DNA from: Oscillospiraceae bacterium
Lineage (GTDB): Bacteria; Bacillota; Clostridia; Oscillospirales; Ruminococcaceae
DNA: 64,000 bases
NCBI GenBank assembly: GCA_048204295.1
Contig: DBFBLF010000014.1
Span: forward strand, 6,172-70,171
Direction of reading: 5' to 3'
The notes beneath the pieces are model-generated. The model made no database searches and had not been told where the DNA came from. It saw only the letters and a list, made by a program, of their open reading frames with translations. The position numbers and the translations under genes are program-made. Numbering within the stretch: the first letter of the stretch is position 1; every line of letters starts with the position of its first letter. Positions 38,111-48,096 of this stretch are shown here, piece after piece.

Positions 38111-39061
38111 ATGATTGAAATCGAAAAGCCAAGAATTGAGACGGCAGAAATTAAATCGGACGGAACATACGGCAGATTTATTCTCGAGCCACTCGAGCGC
38201 GGCTACGGCACAACGCTGGGCAACAGTTTAAGACGTGTGCTGCTCTCCTCGCTACCTGGTGTTGCTGTCACATCGATCAAGATCGACGGTGTGCAACACG
38301 AGTTTTCAACCATCCCTGGCGTGAAAGAAGACGTCACTGAGATTGTTCTGAACATCAAAGGGCTGATCGCTAAGATTCACGGCGAGGCGCCGAAAACCAT
38401 CTATATTGAGGCCGAAGGCGAGTGCGAAGTCACAGCCGGTGATATCAAAGCAGACAGCGAAGTCGAAATTCTCGATCCGGGTATGCATATTGCAACCCTT
38501 TCACAGGGCGCGAAGCTGTATATGGAGATTGTTATTGACCGCGGCAGGGGTTATGTTCCTTCTGAGCGGAACAAGCAGAATCTCCAGTCCTCTATCGGCG
38601 TAATTCCGGTAGACAGCATTTATACGCCCGTGCTCAAAGTGAATTACACCGTGGAAAATACTCGTGTCGGCCAGATTACCGACTACGACAAACTGACTCT
38701 GGAAATTTGGACCGACGGGACCATTTCCGCTAAAGAGGCTGTTTCACTGGGTGCCAAGGTTCTCAACGAGCATCTGAATCTGTTTATAGATTTGTCTGAA
38801 GAAGCGTATACCACGGAAATCATGGTAGAAAAAGACGACAAGGGCAAAGAAAAAGTCCTTGAGATGACCATTGAGGAGCTTGACCTGTCTGTGCGTTCCT
38901 TCAACTGCTTAAAACGCGCGGGCATCAACACGGTTGAAGATTTGATCAACAAATCCGAGGACGACATGATGAAAGTCAGAAACCTCGGCAGAAAGTCGCT
39001 GGAAGAGGTTGTTGAGAAACTCAAAAACCTTGGCTTTAACTTAAACAGCGGCGACGAATAA
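38111..39061 (+). CDS. rpoA: DNA-directed RNA polymerase subunit alpha
   Basis: 316 aa ([20 protein letters not shown] and a C-terminal domain with [13 protein letters not shown]). Confidence 0.97.
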   Translation: MIEIEKPRIETAEIKSDGTYGRFILEPLERGYGTTLGNSLRRVLLSSLPGVAVTSIKIDGVQHEFSTIPGVKEDVTEIVLNIKGLIAKIHGEAPKTIYIEAEGECEVTAGDIKADSEVEILDPGMHIATLSQGAKLYMEIVIDRGRGYVPSERNKQNLQSSIGVIPVDSIYTPVLKVNYTVENTRVGQITDYDKLTLEIWTDGTISAKEAVSLGAKVLNEHLNLFIDLSEEAYTTEIMVEKDDKGKEKVLEMTIEELDLSVRSFNCLKRAGINTVEDLINKSEDDMMKVRNLGRKSLEEVVEKLKNLGFNLNSGDE

Positions 39062-39115
39062 TACCAAGGTTTTCCGGATTTCCCGGGAAACGCGTGGGGT
39101 AAGGAGTGAATTCAA

Positions 39116-39457
39116 ATGGCAGGAAGCAGAAAGCTGGGCAGAAGCACCGACCACAGAAAAGCAATGCTCAGAGCGATGGTTACCTACTTGCTTGAGAATG
39201 GTAAAATTGAAACAACTGTAACCCGTGCAAAAGAAGTGCGTGCTATGGCTGAGAAAATGATCACCATTGGCAAGGACAGTTCCCTTCACAATAAACGTCA
39301 GGTTTATTCTTATATCACCAAAGGATCCGTTGCCAAAAAGGTTCTGGATGAGATTTCTCCGAAATACGCCGAGAAAAACGGCGGCTATACGAGGATCGTA
39401 AAAATCGGACCGCGCCGCGGAGACGCCGCGGAGATGGCAATCATCGAGCTGGTATAA
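39116..39457 (+). CDS. rplQ: 50S ribosomal protein L17
   Basis: 113 aa ([16 protein letters not shown]). Confidence 0.97.
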   Translation: MAGSRKLGRSTDHRKAMLRAMVTYLLENGKIETTVTRAKEVRAMAEKMITIGKDSSLHNKRQVYSYITKGSVAKKVLDEISPKYAEKNGGYTRIVKIGPRRGDAAEMAIIELV

Positions 39458-39464
39458 CCGGAAT

Positions 39465-39498
39465 AAAAAGCACGGTGGAATTTCACCGTGCTTTTTTA
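39465..39498 (+). terminator. intrinsic terminator ending the alpha operon
   Basis: aaaaagcacggtg / gaatttc / caccgtgcttttt. Confidence 0.85.
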
Positions 39499-39591
39499 TC
39501 GCTTGAGGCGTCCCGGTCTGTTAGTAGTTTTTTAGATAAAAGGTATAGCTGGCGCCGGGGCGGTAGCGGTATTATAATTTTTACCCTTCAA

Positions 39592-39620
39592 TTGTATGGC
39601 TTTTCAAAATATGATATACT
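39592..39620 (+). promoter_or_regulatory. candidate promoter (TTGTAT-17 nt-TATACT)
   Basis: Read from the sequence, 38 nt upstream of the 39658 ATG. Confidence 0.4.
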
Positions 39621-39657
39621 TAAAAAAAGTTATCCTTGAAAGGATGAAAGTGTTTTT

Positions 39658-41421
39658 ATGTATGAGGATATTCAATACGATTTGACACGAATTTCCTATG
39701 GCCGCCGGGGGGCTTTTTATTATTTAGGGGCTTGGAAGGAAGAAGACCAGGAGAGGGTTTATGCGTGCGCTCTTCTTTCTGCGCTTGATACTGCGGCGCC
39801 CGGTCGCCAGGCCCGCTGTGGGAAATTATTTCCGGTTGTCCTCCAGCGAAACGGAGAGGAAATTCCTTATCGAGCAACTGCGACGCCGCTTTGCGTTACA
39901 TTGGATTACGAGGGTGGGAGTGCCCGTCTTTGCCTGCAAAAGGGGGATATCCTGCGGATTGAGGCAAGCGGGGTTGACGTTTTTCTCGCTCCTCCTCTTG
40001 CGTTTCATGAGATTGCCAAAACCAGGAATGATGGGAGCTGGGAGGTCGTCATGGGGCCGCTTCCAAAGTTGTTGTTCTGCCCGGTAAAGGGTACAATGGA
40101 AGTCACCTCCGGCTTTGATGTGATCAAGAGCACTCCGAAGGAAACCAGCTTTTTATTCCATCCTGACGAGACTGGCAGGGTAGATTTGGCCGTTCACCTT
40201 TACCTTTCTAACGCCTTCCGTATGAGAGAGTACCCTTCCTTTGACAATTGCATCAAGGAAATTGAGGAAGAGTTTGCCGAGTATATGAAGACGGTTCCGG
40301 TTCTTCCGGCAGAATATGAATCCAGCCGGGTTTTGGCGGCCTATCTGGTCTGGTCGCACATTATTCCAATTGATGGCTCTGATATTATCTATATGAATAA
40401 GGGAATTCACCGTTGCACCTCTAACTGGCAGCAATGTTACCATGCGATGGGGCAGTACCGAAATCCGGAGTTTGCGTGGAAGCTGCTGCTCTCAATGTTT
40501 TATTACCAGGATGAGTATGGAGAATTGCCGGATACAATTAACGATTCTGTTCGAAGCTTCAGCGGGACAAAACCGCCTCTCCACGGGGTTGCGCTGGCCT
40601 TTTTGAGCCAATATACGGATTTTTCTTTCGTACCGCAAAAAGAGCGCGCATTTCTTTATGAGGGCCTTGCCCGTCTTGTTTATTGGTGGCTCTCTTACCG
40701 GGATACTGACCGGGACGGAATCGCCCAATACGATGCTGCTGATGAGGCTGGTTGGGATGATTGTTCCCTTTTCCGGCGGGGTGTTCCGGCCGAATCCCCT
40801 GATCTTGCCACTTATCTGATCCTTTCAATGGAGCAGCTGGCTGTCCTTGCCGGTGAGCTCGGCAGGTTTTATGAGGAACGGATGTGGAAAGAACGGGCGG
40901 AGGAAATGCTCGAGAAAATGAAAGGATTTTTCTGGAACGGGGAGCGGTTTACTTCCCGTTTGAATGAAACACACGAGTGGGTGAAATGTGAGAGCCTGGC
41001 TTCTTTCCTGCCGCTCCTGCTCGGCAAACGGCTGCCGGAAGAGATGATCCGGAAAATGGCGGAGGCACTCTCTGAGGAGGGCGCTTGGCTGACGCCCTAC
41101 GGATTGGCCGGCGAGCGGTTAAGCAGCGATCATTACCGAGAAGTCGGTTGGCTGTGCGGGCCGGTCCTTGCACCGGTGCAGCTGCTGATCTGCCTTGGAC
41201 TGCGGGAGTGCGGTGAAGAGGAGCTTGCGCGGAAGATTGCCAGACGTTATTGCGATGCGCTGATCCGCTCCGGATTTCCGATGATTATGAACGCCAAAAC
41301 CGGTGAGGATGTCAGCGAAGGGCGCTGGTCAACCCGGTATCCGAACCGTATGTCGTGGACGGCGGTGTCTTTTTTAGTTTTGGGATCGCTGTTCCTCCAG
41401 GACTCTTTTGAAGGAGAATGA
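39658..41421 (+). CDS. cytoplasmic (alpha/alpha)6 six-hairpin glycoside hydrolase, GH63/MGH1-like
   Basis: 587 aa, no signal peptide. Acidic motif YRDTDRDGIAQYDAADEAGWDDCSLF resembles the clan GH-G (GH63/GH37) catalytic region. Family assignment by eye only. Confidence 0.55.
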   Translation: MYEDIQYDLTRISYGRRGAFYYLGAWKEEDQERVYACALLSALDTAAPGRQARCGKLFPVVLQRNGEEIPYRATATPLCVTLDYEGGSARLCLQKGDILRIEASGVDVFLAPPLAFHEIAKTRNDGSWEVVMGPLPKLLFCPVKGTMEVTSGFDVIKSTPKETSFLFHPDETGRVDLAVHLYLSNAFRMREYPSFDNCIKEIEEEFAEYMKTVPVLPAEYESSRVLAAYLVWSHIIPIDGSDIIYMNKGIHRCTSNWQQCYHAMGQYRNPEFAWKLLLSMFYYQDEYGELPDTINDSVRSFSGTKPPLHGVALAFLSQYTDFSFVPQKERAFLYEGLARLVYWWLSYRDTDRDGIAQYDAADEAGWDDCSLFRRGVPAESPDLATYLILSMEQLAVLAGELGRFYEERMWKERAEEMLEKMKGFFWNGERFTSRLNETHEWVKCESLASFLPLLLGKRLPEEMIRKMAEALSEEGAWLTPYGLAGERLSSDHYREVGWLCGPVLAPVQLLICLGLRECGEEELARKIARRYCDALIRSGFPMIMNAKTGEDVSEGRWSTRYPNRMSWTAVSFLVLGSLFLQDSFEGE

Positions 41422-41669
41422 ACATGATGCGTTGTATGTTATGCCGTAAAAAGGTGGACAGCCTTTCTGAGCATAATCTATGTGAAGAGTGCGAAAAAAA
41501 GTTTGATTTTGACCAGGGTGAGCCTTATTTTTCGGAGGAAGATGAAGGCTCGGCTAAAACCCAGATCAAGCGGATTTTGGTCACTTCTGGCTGTGCCGTG
41601 GCGTTAATTTTATTTTTAATTTGGGTGATACCGTTTTTAATGTCACTTTTCAACGTTCAGCCGAGCTGA
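41418..41669 (+). CDS. small zinc-ribbon protein with C-terminal TM anchor
   Basis: 83 aa: CMLCRKK...CEEC, an acidic linker, then a hydrophobic helix (ILVTSGCAVALILFLIWVIPFLMSLF). ATGA overlap with the preceding gene. Confidence 0.55.
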   Translation: MNMMRCMLCRKKVDSLSEHNLCEECEKKFDFDQGEPYFSEEDEGSAKTQIKRILVTSGCAVALILFLIWVIPFLMSLFNVQPS

Positions 41670-41671
41670 TG

Positions 41672-41707
41672 AAAAGCGCTTCCGTTTTTTAACAGAAGCG
41701 CTTTTTT
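41672..41707 (+). terminator. intrinsic terminator
   Basis: aaaagcgcttc / loop / gaagcgctttttt. Confidence 0.75.
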
Positions 41708-41749
41708 ACAGGCATCTTGCCTTGATAGACTAAAAGGGAGCTTTCGCAA

Positions 41750-42493
41750 ATGGAACACGAAAAAAGTATAGTAACAGGTGAATTGGTTGAGAACAGCTTT
41801 CGTAGCGGCCTGAAAGACGGCGTACCTATAGGGCTGGGGTATTTATCCGTTTCCTTTACCTTTGGGATGATGGCGGTCGCTGCCGGACTTCCCGTTTGGA
41901 CGGCCGTGCTGGTTTCAATGCTCAATGTCACCTCGGCAGGGCAGTTTGCAGGGCTGCCTTTGCTTGCTGCGTCCGGCTCCTGTATTGAAATGGCGCTGAC
42001 CCAGTTTATTATCAACATGCGGTATGCTCTGATGTCCCTCTCCCTTTCCCAGAAACTTCACCGGTCTGTCAACCTTCTTGACCGGGTATTGATTGCCTTT
42101 TGCAATACCGATGAAATCTTTGCTGTGGCGAGCAGTAAAAAAGGGGAAGTGGGAAAGCGGTACCTCTACGGCTTAATCTTAATGCCCTATTTTGGCTGGG
42201 CGTTCGGAACGCTGATTGGTGCGGCCGCCAGCAGCCTGCTTCCAGCAATTGTTCAGTCGGCCTTGGGAATTGCTATTTACGGCATGTTTTTAGCCATCAT
42301 CATCCCGCCGGCAAAACACTTCCGCCCGGTTTTGAAGGTCGTTCTTTTTTCAGTGCTGCTCAGCTGTATTTTTCGCTTTACACCAGGGCTTAAGGATATA
42401 TCGGGCGGGTTTGTCATTATTATCTGCGCGGTTGCCGCCGCTGGGCTCGGTGCGTTTTGCTTCCCTGTTCACCGGGAAAAGGAGGTGGGCTGA
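41750..42493 (+). CDS. azlC: AzlC family branched-chain amino acid exporter subunit
   Basis: 247-aa membrane protein (LNVTSAGQFAG...FIINMRYALMSLSL). Confidence 0.85.
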   Translation: MEHEKSIVTGELVENSFRSGLKDGVPIGLGYLSVSFTFGMMAVAAGLPVWTAVLVSMLNVTSAGQFAGLPLLAASGSCIEMALTQFIINMRYALMSLSLSQKLHRSVNLLDRVLIAFCNTDEIFAVASSKKGEVGKRYLYGLILMPYFGWAFGTLIGAAASSLLPAIVQSALGIAIYGMFLAIIIPPAKHFRPVLKVVLFSVLLSCIFRFTPGLKDISGGFVIIICAVAAAGLGAFCFPVHREKEVG

Positions 42494-42822
42494 TGGACGC
42501 TGTATTCTGGCTAAATCTCGCGGTTATGGCGGGCGTCACTTACCTCATCCGGATGGTCCCGCTTGCCGTCTTTAAAAGGAAACTGGAAAACAAATGGATC
42601 CAGTCCTTCCTTTACTATATTCCGTATGCGGTCCTGGGGGCGATGACTTTCCCGGAAATCCTTTTTTCAACCGATAGCGTCTGGTCGGCCGCGGCAGGAC
42701 TCCTTGTGGCCATTGTACTTTCCTATTTGGAAAAGGGGTTGTTAACTGTAGCACTGTCCGCCTGCGGCGCCGTCTTAGCGGTGGAGTGTACGATTCAGTA
42801 TCTAATCCCTGCCCTAAGCTGA
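42493..42822 (+). CDS. azlD: AzlD family branched-chain amino acid transport protein
   Basis: 109 aa, 4 TM (MDAVFWLNLAVMAGVTYLIRMVPL). TGATG overlap with azlC. Confidence 0.8.
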   Translation: MDAVFWLNLAVMAGVTYLIRMVPLAVFKRKLENKWIQSFLYYIPYAVLGAMTFPEILFSTDSVWSAAAGLLVAIVLSYLEKGLLTVALSACGAVLAVECTIQYLIPALS

Positions 42823-42934
42823 AAAGGCGCCTCTGGAGCCTGCTCTTACCGGCTGGCAAAACTATTTGAATGGGACAACTCACGCATCCGAGGCAGTTAG
42901 TCCATACCGTTATAACTTCGCTTTTGGACAGGTA

Positions 42935-42969
42935 AAACAGGGAGGCCTTAAAAAAGGCCTCTCTGTTTG
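42935..42969. terminator. bidirectional terminator between the convergent azlD and ADH genes
   Basis: aaacagggaggcc / ttaaaaaa / ggcctctctgttt. Confidence 0.7.
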
Positions 42970-43061
42970 TATGTCCATATCAATCTGCCGGGGAGTAAAC
43001 CGGGCTGCCCATCCCCTCCAGACCGTCGGATGCTCCATCGACGGTTTCCTCCGGCCTTTTA

Positions 43062-44090
43062 TTATTTTTCACAGTCCACCAAAACGTGAATGGTATCCTC
43101 CCCGCCTGTGTTGCGCAGGTTAAAGGCCCGCTGGATTTCAGAAAGGGGAACAATGTCGGTAATAATGCCGTCGGTCGTAATCAGCCCGTCGGTGATCAAC
43201 CGGATGCCCTCTTCAAAATAACGCCGCATGTCAATGTCCCGGCGGGGCTCGGTGCTGTAGAGTTCCAGCCGTTTGCGGTGGAAGCGGAAGAAATCGATCG
43301 GAATGCTGCAGACGCCGATGCAGCCATAGAGGACAATCCTTCCACAGACGGCCGCCATGTCGATGGCGTCTACCACCCCGTTTCCTTCAAGCAGACAGGG
43401 GATGACGATGTCAAAGCCGTCCGGGAAATCCTTTTTGACGAAATCGGCCGTTTTCGCGTCATGAGCGGGAAGCTTATAGGTGTGGGTGGCTCCATAGCGT
43501 TTTGCAAGCTCCAGGTTTTTGTCGTACAGGTCGGTGACTACCAGATTTTTGGGGTTGGAGAGGGCGACCGCCTGGGTCATTAAAAGGCCGCTGACCCCCT
43601 GCCCCATAATCAGGACATTTTTAGTCTGGTCAATTTTTGCTAGGTCTACCGCGTGGAGGATGCCGGGGAGCACCTCAACAGGGCTGACCGCCTTTAAAGG
43701 AAGCTGAGGCGGCAGAACCTTGACGTTGAAGGGCTTACAAACAATATACTGTGCATACGCGCCCCAGATATACCGGCAGGTGACCCGGTCGCCAGCCTGA
43801 AGCCCGCGGACGTTTTCACCAATTTTGTCGATGATTCCGCCGACCTCATGCCCAAGCCGTGCAGGCGTGGTAATAAATTCCGGCGCACGTGTGCCGCGGA
43901 AGGCCTCAAGGTCGGAGCCGCAGATGCCGGTGTATTTAATTTTGACCCGCACCTCATCTGGACCGGGCTCCGGGATTTTCGCGTAAGCCGGGGTGATTTT
44001 ATAGGGCTCCTCCAAAACGGCCGCCAGTTGGATATTCTCCCCCGGTCCGTCCACCAGGTCTAATTTTGCCATCTGCATATGGGTTGCCAT
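43062..44090 (-). CDS. zinc-dependent medium-chain alcohol/polyol dehydrogenase (sorbitol/threonine DH family)
   Basis: 342 aa (GICGSDLEAFRG, GHEVGGII, GQGVSGLL Rossmann motif). Confidence 0.85.
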   Translation of the reverse strand: MATHMQMAKLDLVDGPGENIQLAAVLEEPYKITPAYAKIPEPGPDEVRVKIKYTGICGSDLEAFRGTRAPEFITTPARLGHEVGGIIDKIGENVRGLQAGDRVTCRYIWGAYAQYIVCKPFNVKVLPPQLPLKAVSPVEVLPGILHAVDLAKIDQTKNVLIMGQGVSGLLMTQAVALSNPKNLVVTDLYDKNLELAKRYGATHTYKLPAHDAKTADFVKKDFPDGFDIVIPCLLEGNGVVDAIDMAAVCGRIVLYGCIGVCSIPIDFFRFHRKRLELYSTEPRRDIDMRRYFEEGIRLITDGLITTDGIITDIVPLSEIQRAFNLRNTGGEDTIHVLVDCEK

Positions 44091-44108
44091 AACAATTCCA
44101 CTCCTTTG

Positions 44109-45992
44109 TCAGTCAATGATGATTTCAGGGGAAAGGCCGCTCCGCTCTCCGGAGTAGTTCTCCGCCTCAACAGCATATGTATAGCGTACGCCCGGCCTTG
44201 CCGTCATATCGGTAAACGCCGCGGTATTGTTTGTTTCGCTGTCCGAAACAAGGGTATACTCTCCGCCGTCTTCTTTCCTCCAGATCCGGTAATTTTTGAA
44301 GTCAAATTCCCGGTTCGGTGCCCATTGCAGGAAAACCTGGCAGTTGCCGGCGTGACCTTTTTCCCGGACGCCCCACAGGCCGTCCGGAGTTTTTGGGACC
44401 GCCTTGCTGACCGGGGTCAGCAGGAAGAGGGAGACCGCGTGCATCGGCAGTTCCACCGCAAAAGAGGCCGATTCATCAAGGGCCGCATCTTTAATCGACT
44501 CAAACAGCTCCAACCCTTCATGCGCCCGGATTTCCTTGACCTGGTTGGCAATCATCTTTTCCGGTTTTCCAAATTTCTGCCAGATATGGTAGGAGGAACT
44601 GTGAGTTTTATCAATCCTGTAATGAGACAGCCGGTAATTTCCCGGTTTCAGTCCTTCCAGCTTGAGGGAAATGCGGCGGGGGTTTACGTCGTCCTCCATT
44701 CCGTCTTCAAAATTCCAGAGCATGACAGCGTAACCGCCATTGGAAGAGGTGGGAAGAATGCCGTATTTATCCCCGAAGCCCTCTTCTGTGCAAACAGCCT
44801 TATAGCGGGTATCCCCCAGGCGGTTCATTAAAACATAAGCGTTGAAGAGCGGCTTTTTAAGCAGGTCGTCGGTACCGTATTGGGTGAGCGGCGTCACCTG
44901 GGAACGGTTGCCTGAGAAAAGATAGCGCTCCCACTGGGTGTGACAGTTGTCGCTGTCCACAATACTGAGGTTGACCTTCCATTCATCCATGACAAGATCG
45001 CAGTATTTCGTCATCATTTTACAGGTGATCCCCGGCGCGTAATGGGTATTGCGGAAGTTAAGCCAGCTTTTCATCCAAAGGCCCAGGTTCCCGTCCCATA
45101 CGATATCGGACTCATCGTTGATAAACTCCACGTCTTTAAATTCCGGGTAATTTTTGACCGGGTCGCTGTAGCGTTTCACCCAGTCGAACATAACGTCAGT
45201 GTTGGGATTGGTGTCCTTTGGATACCCCGCCTTACAATGAACCGAAATAAAGTCGATTCGAGTGCCAAACCGCCCCGTCTTGTAGTTAAGCCCGTGGGCG
45301 CAGTGTTCCAGGAATTCCAAATAAATCTTCTCCGCCCCTTCCCATTGCTTGACAGCGGGGCCGCCGACCTTTATTTTACTGTCTACGCTGTGGATGGCGT
45401 CTTCAAAGTAATCGTAAAAAGCCATCAGGGTGGAGGAATCTTTCAGCCATTTTTCATGGTTATCCGGCTCATTCCAGATTTCAAAGTACCATTTTTGAAC
45501 CTCTTCGCGCCCGTAACGTTCAATACAGTGGGTGACAAAGGCTTTCAGAATGTCGGACCAGAGGTTGAAATCTTTGGGAATATAGTAGTCCTCGCTCTGT
45601 GCGCAGGAGGGGATAAAGTGGGTTTCAACAATCGGCCGGCCGCCGCTCTCCAGGATGATGTCGTAAATCTGGTCAACATATTTCCAATCACAGCAAAGCT
45701 TACCATCCTTCACCGAAAAAACCTTGTCAACCCAGCGTCCCGCATTCGGGTCGGGGTTTCCGTAGTCCTGTCCCTCGGTAAGGAGATAAAGGTCGCCGTC
45801 CCCGTGCGCTGTCAGAATACTGTGCAGCCGCATATAGTAAAAGTCGCGGCCGATGGAGGCGAGGTAGCGGTAAAGCCTTTTCGTCGGCTTCGTGTAGGTA
45901 TAATCGCAGTGTGCGTAGCCGAATGCGTTGAAGAAATGGGGAAACGGAATTGGATTTTTTGAAAAATCCACGTTCATTGATATGTTCAGCAT
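44109..45992 (-). CDS. glycoside hydrolase family 39-like enzyme with C-terminal fibronectin type III domain
   Basis: 627 aa. WYFEIWNEPD matches the GH39 acid/base region. The C-terminal ~90 aa look FN3-like (YRIWRKEDGGEYTLV...YTYAVEAENYSGERS). No signal peptide. Confidence 0.7.
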   Translation of the reverse strand: MLNISMNVDFSKNPIPFPHFFNAFGYAHCDYTYTKPTKRLYRYLASIGRDFYYMRLHSILTAHGDGDLYLLTEGQDYGNPDPNAGRWVDKVFSVKDGKLCCDWKYVDQIYDIILESGGRPIVETHFIPSCAQSEDYYIPKDFNLWSDILKAFVTHCIERYGREEVQKWYFEIWNEPDNHEKWLKDSSTLMAFYDYFEDAIHSVDSKIKVGGPAVKQWEGAEKIYLEFLEHCAHGLNYKTGRFGTRIDFISVHCKAGYPKDTNPNTDVMFDWVKRYSDPVKNYPEFKDVEFINDESDIVWDGNLGLWMKSWLNFRNTHYAPGITCKMMTKYCDLVMDEWKVNLSIVDSDNCHTQWERYLFSGNRSQVTPLTQYGTDDLLKKPLFNAYVLMNRLGDTRYKAVCTEEGFGDKYGILPTSSNGGYAVMLWNFEDGMEDDVNPRRISLKLEGLKPGNYRLSHYRIDKTHSSSYHIWQKFGKPEKMIANQVKEIRAHEGLELFESIKDAALDESASFAVELPMHAVSLFLLTPVSKAVPKTPDGLWGVREKGHAGNCQVFLQWAPNREFDFKNYRIWRKEDGGEYTLVSDSETNNTAAFTDMTARPGVRYTYAVEAENYSGERSGLSPEIIID

Positions 45993-46203
45993 CAGTCATC
46001 AGCTCCTTATTCGTATCATAACGCAAACTTTTGCAAAGTTCAATTATAAAAGTTTGGCTTGAGATAGAAAATAAGACAGTGCTTTTGTGCTGCTTTTACA
46101 GATAATGGAAATTTGCTTTTTAACTTTTATAAAAGCACCCCTTACTTCCGGCCGGGCGATGCCGAACCGGGAAAAGGTCGGGAATGCAAAGAGGCTATAT
46201 TTC

Positions 46204-46232
46204 TTGACATGTTAAATCAAAACGGATAAAAT
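46204..46232 (+). promoter_or_regulatory. candidate promoter (TTGACA-17 nt-TAAAAT)
   Basis: Read from the sequence, about 60 nt upstream of the GNAT gene. Confidence 0.5.
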
Positions 46233-46293
46233 GAAGCCAGCTTCAAAACGGCGTTTTAACAAGGTGAAACCGTAATGAAAAAAGAGGATTAAG

Positions 46294-46812
46294 ATGAAAA
46301 CAGTAATAAGAAGAGAAACCCCGGAAGATTATAAGGAAATCCACAACGTTGTAAAGACGGCGTTTGCCTCAGCGGAGCACAGCGATGGCGACGAACAGGA
46401 ACTTGTGGAGCGGCTGCGGGCCAGTTCCGCGTATCTGCCGGAGCTTGCCTTGGTAGCGGAGGAAGACGGTGAAATCGTTGGCTATCTGCTGATGACCGAG
46501 ATCACGGTCGGTGAAACAGCCGCGGTCACAGTTGGGCCGCTGGCGGTGCTGCCCTGCGCTCAGGGAAGAGGGATTGGCGGCGCGCTGATCCGTGCCGGGC
46601 ATGAGATCGCAAAAAAAATGGGGTATGGGTTCAGCGTATTGTTGGGCCATGCCGGCTATTATCCGCGCTTTGGATACCGGCCTGCAAGTTCGTTCGGCAT
46701 CCGCACCAAGCTGAATGTTCCCGATGAAAACTACATGGCCTGCCCTTTGCGGGAAGGCGCTTCCCGTTTGGAGGGCGTTGTGCGCTATCCCAAAGAATGG
46801 GGGATTGAATAG
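46294..46812 (+). CDS. GNAT family N-acetyltransferase
   Basis: 172 aa with the acetyl-CoA motif LAVLPCAQGRGIGGALI. Confidence 0.85.
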   Translation: MKTVIRRETPEDYKEIHNVVKTAFASAEHSDGDEQELVERLRASSAYLPELALVAEEDGEIVGYLLMTEITVGETAAVTVGPLAVLPCAQGRGIGGALIRAGHEIAKKMGYGFSVLLGHAGYYPRFGYRPASSFGIRTKLNVPDENYMACPLREGASRLEGVVRYPKEWGIE

Positions 46813-46814
46813 CT

Positions 46815-46850
46815 AAAAAGGCCGGGCAGGAAATCCTGCCCGGCCTTTTT
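46815..46850. terminator. bidirectional terminator (16-bp stem)
   Basis: aaaaaggccgggcagg / aaat / cctgcccggccttttt, between convergent genes. Confidence 0.85.
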
Positions 46851-46879
46851 GAGTGAAGCCTTAGAGGCTTGCTTTTATA

Positions 46880-47872
46880 TCAGTACATCCGGCCGCCGTT
46901 CCGGTTTTCCCAGAGGTCTGCGTTGTCTCCCATTGCGGCTTTTAGCCCTTCCGAAAGGTCGGTGATCTGTCGGATCACGTCATCTGGAACGTCGGTATTA
47001 AAAGCGTTTAGGTTCTGTTCAAGCTGCCCGACATTCCGCGCGCCCATCAAGATACTTCCCACTCCATCTGCATTTTTCAAAAAGGCGAGGGCCAGGGTTG
47101 CCATCGGATAGCCTGTTTCGGTGCAAAGATCCGCGAAAACGTCCAGAAACGCGAATATTTCTTTTTCAAATCCAACGTCGTTGTGGCGGCCCTGCTGCCA
47201 TTTCCCGCTGTAGAAGCGTGTTTCGCGCCGGCCCATCGGCACATCGTCAATTGAGCGGAATTTTCCGGTCAGAAGGCCCTGTGCCAGCGGGGAGTAAGCC
47301 CAGACAGCAATACCGTTTTCCTTGCTTTTCTGGACAATTCCTTTTTCAACCAACCGCCAGATCAGGGAGTAGGGAAGCTGGTTTGTCACGGCGCCGTAAT
47401 CCTTGATTTCCTCCAGCCCCTTTTGGGCGTAATTGCAGACACCTACTGAACGGACTTTTCCGTCCTGCTTCAGCTTTTCAAATGCCCTAAAGGTTTCCTC
47501 CTGCGGAATCTCCGGGTTGGGCCAGTGAATCTGGTAAAGGTCAATATAATCGGTATCCAGCCGCTTCAGGCTCGCTTCACAGTGAGCGATAACGTCGTCA
47601 TAATGCAGGCAGTCGCTGTAGACCTTGGTGGCGACAATCGCCTTGTCACGGCGGTCTTTGACCGCTTTGCCCAGGACTTCTTCACTTTTGCCGTCCCCGT
47701 ATTTTTCAGCGGTATCCAGAAGAGTGATGCCGGCGTCCAGTGCGGCATGGATGGTGTCTATTGAATCTTTTTCCTCATTGGCCCCCCAGATTTTGGCCCC
47801 TGAAAAGGCCCAGGTACCAAGAGAAAGCTTGGGAATTTCAAAATCGGCGTTTTGCAGTTTTATGTATTCCAT
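46880..47872 (-). CDS. aldo/keto reductase
   Basis: 330 aa, AKR fold (LGTWAF, DTAEKYGDGKSEE, IDLYQIHWP). Confidence 0.9.
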   Translation of the reverse strand: MEYIKLQNADFEIPKLSLGTWAFSGAKIWGANEEKDSIDTIHAALDAGITLLDTAEKYGDGKSEEVLGKAVKDRRDKAIVATKVYSDCLHYDDVIAHCEASLKRLDTDYIDLYQIHWPNPEIPQEETFRAFEKLKQDGKVRSVGVCNYAQKGLEEIKDYGAVTNQLPYSLIWRLVEKGIVQKSKENGIAVWAYSPLAQGLLTGKFRSIDDVPMGRRETRFYSGKWQQGRHNDVGFEKEIFAFLDVFADLCTETGYPMATLALAFLKNADGVGSILMGARNVGQLEQNLNAFNTDVPDDVIRQITDLSEGLKAAMGDNADLWENRNGGRMY

Positions 47873-47920
47873 TGTAACTCTCCAGTCTTAAACTTTTATC
47901 TGCGTTCTGAACTAAAGGTT

Positions 47921-47958
47921 AAAAAAGGCGGCCAGCGTCATGCCGCGCCGCCTTTTTT
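47921..47958 (-). terminator. intrinsic terminator downstream of hppA
   Basis: aaaaaaggcggc / loop / gccgcctttttt. Confidence 0.7.
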
Positions 47959-48096
47959 AGCTTCAAGCAATAGGGGTTCATGTTTTTCGTTCACAGCCTT
48001 CTGCTAAAAAGGACGGCGGACGAAATTTGAGATAGGAAATACACGCATTTTCACTTTATTCGCCAGCACTGCGCCTACGCAAGCGGCGTGAAGCGC

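Noticed and set aside
42866-43123. 85-aa plus-strand ORF in the azlD / ADH convergent spacer.
   Set aside because: It spans two terminator hairpins and overlaps the 3' end of the ADH gene. It has no SD and its composition looks non-coding.
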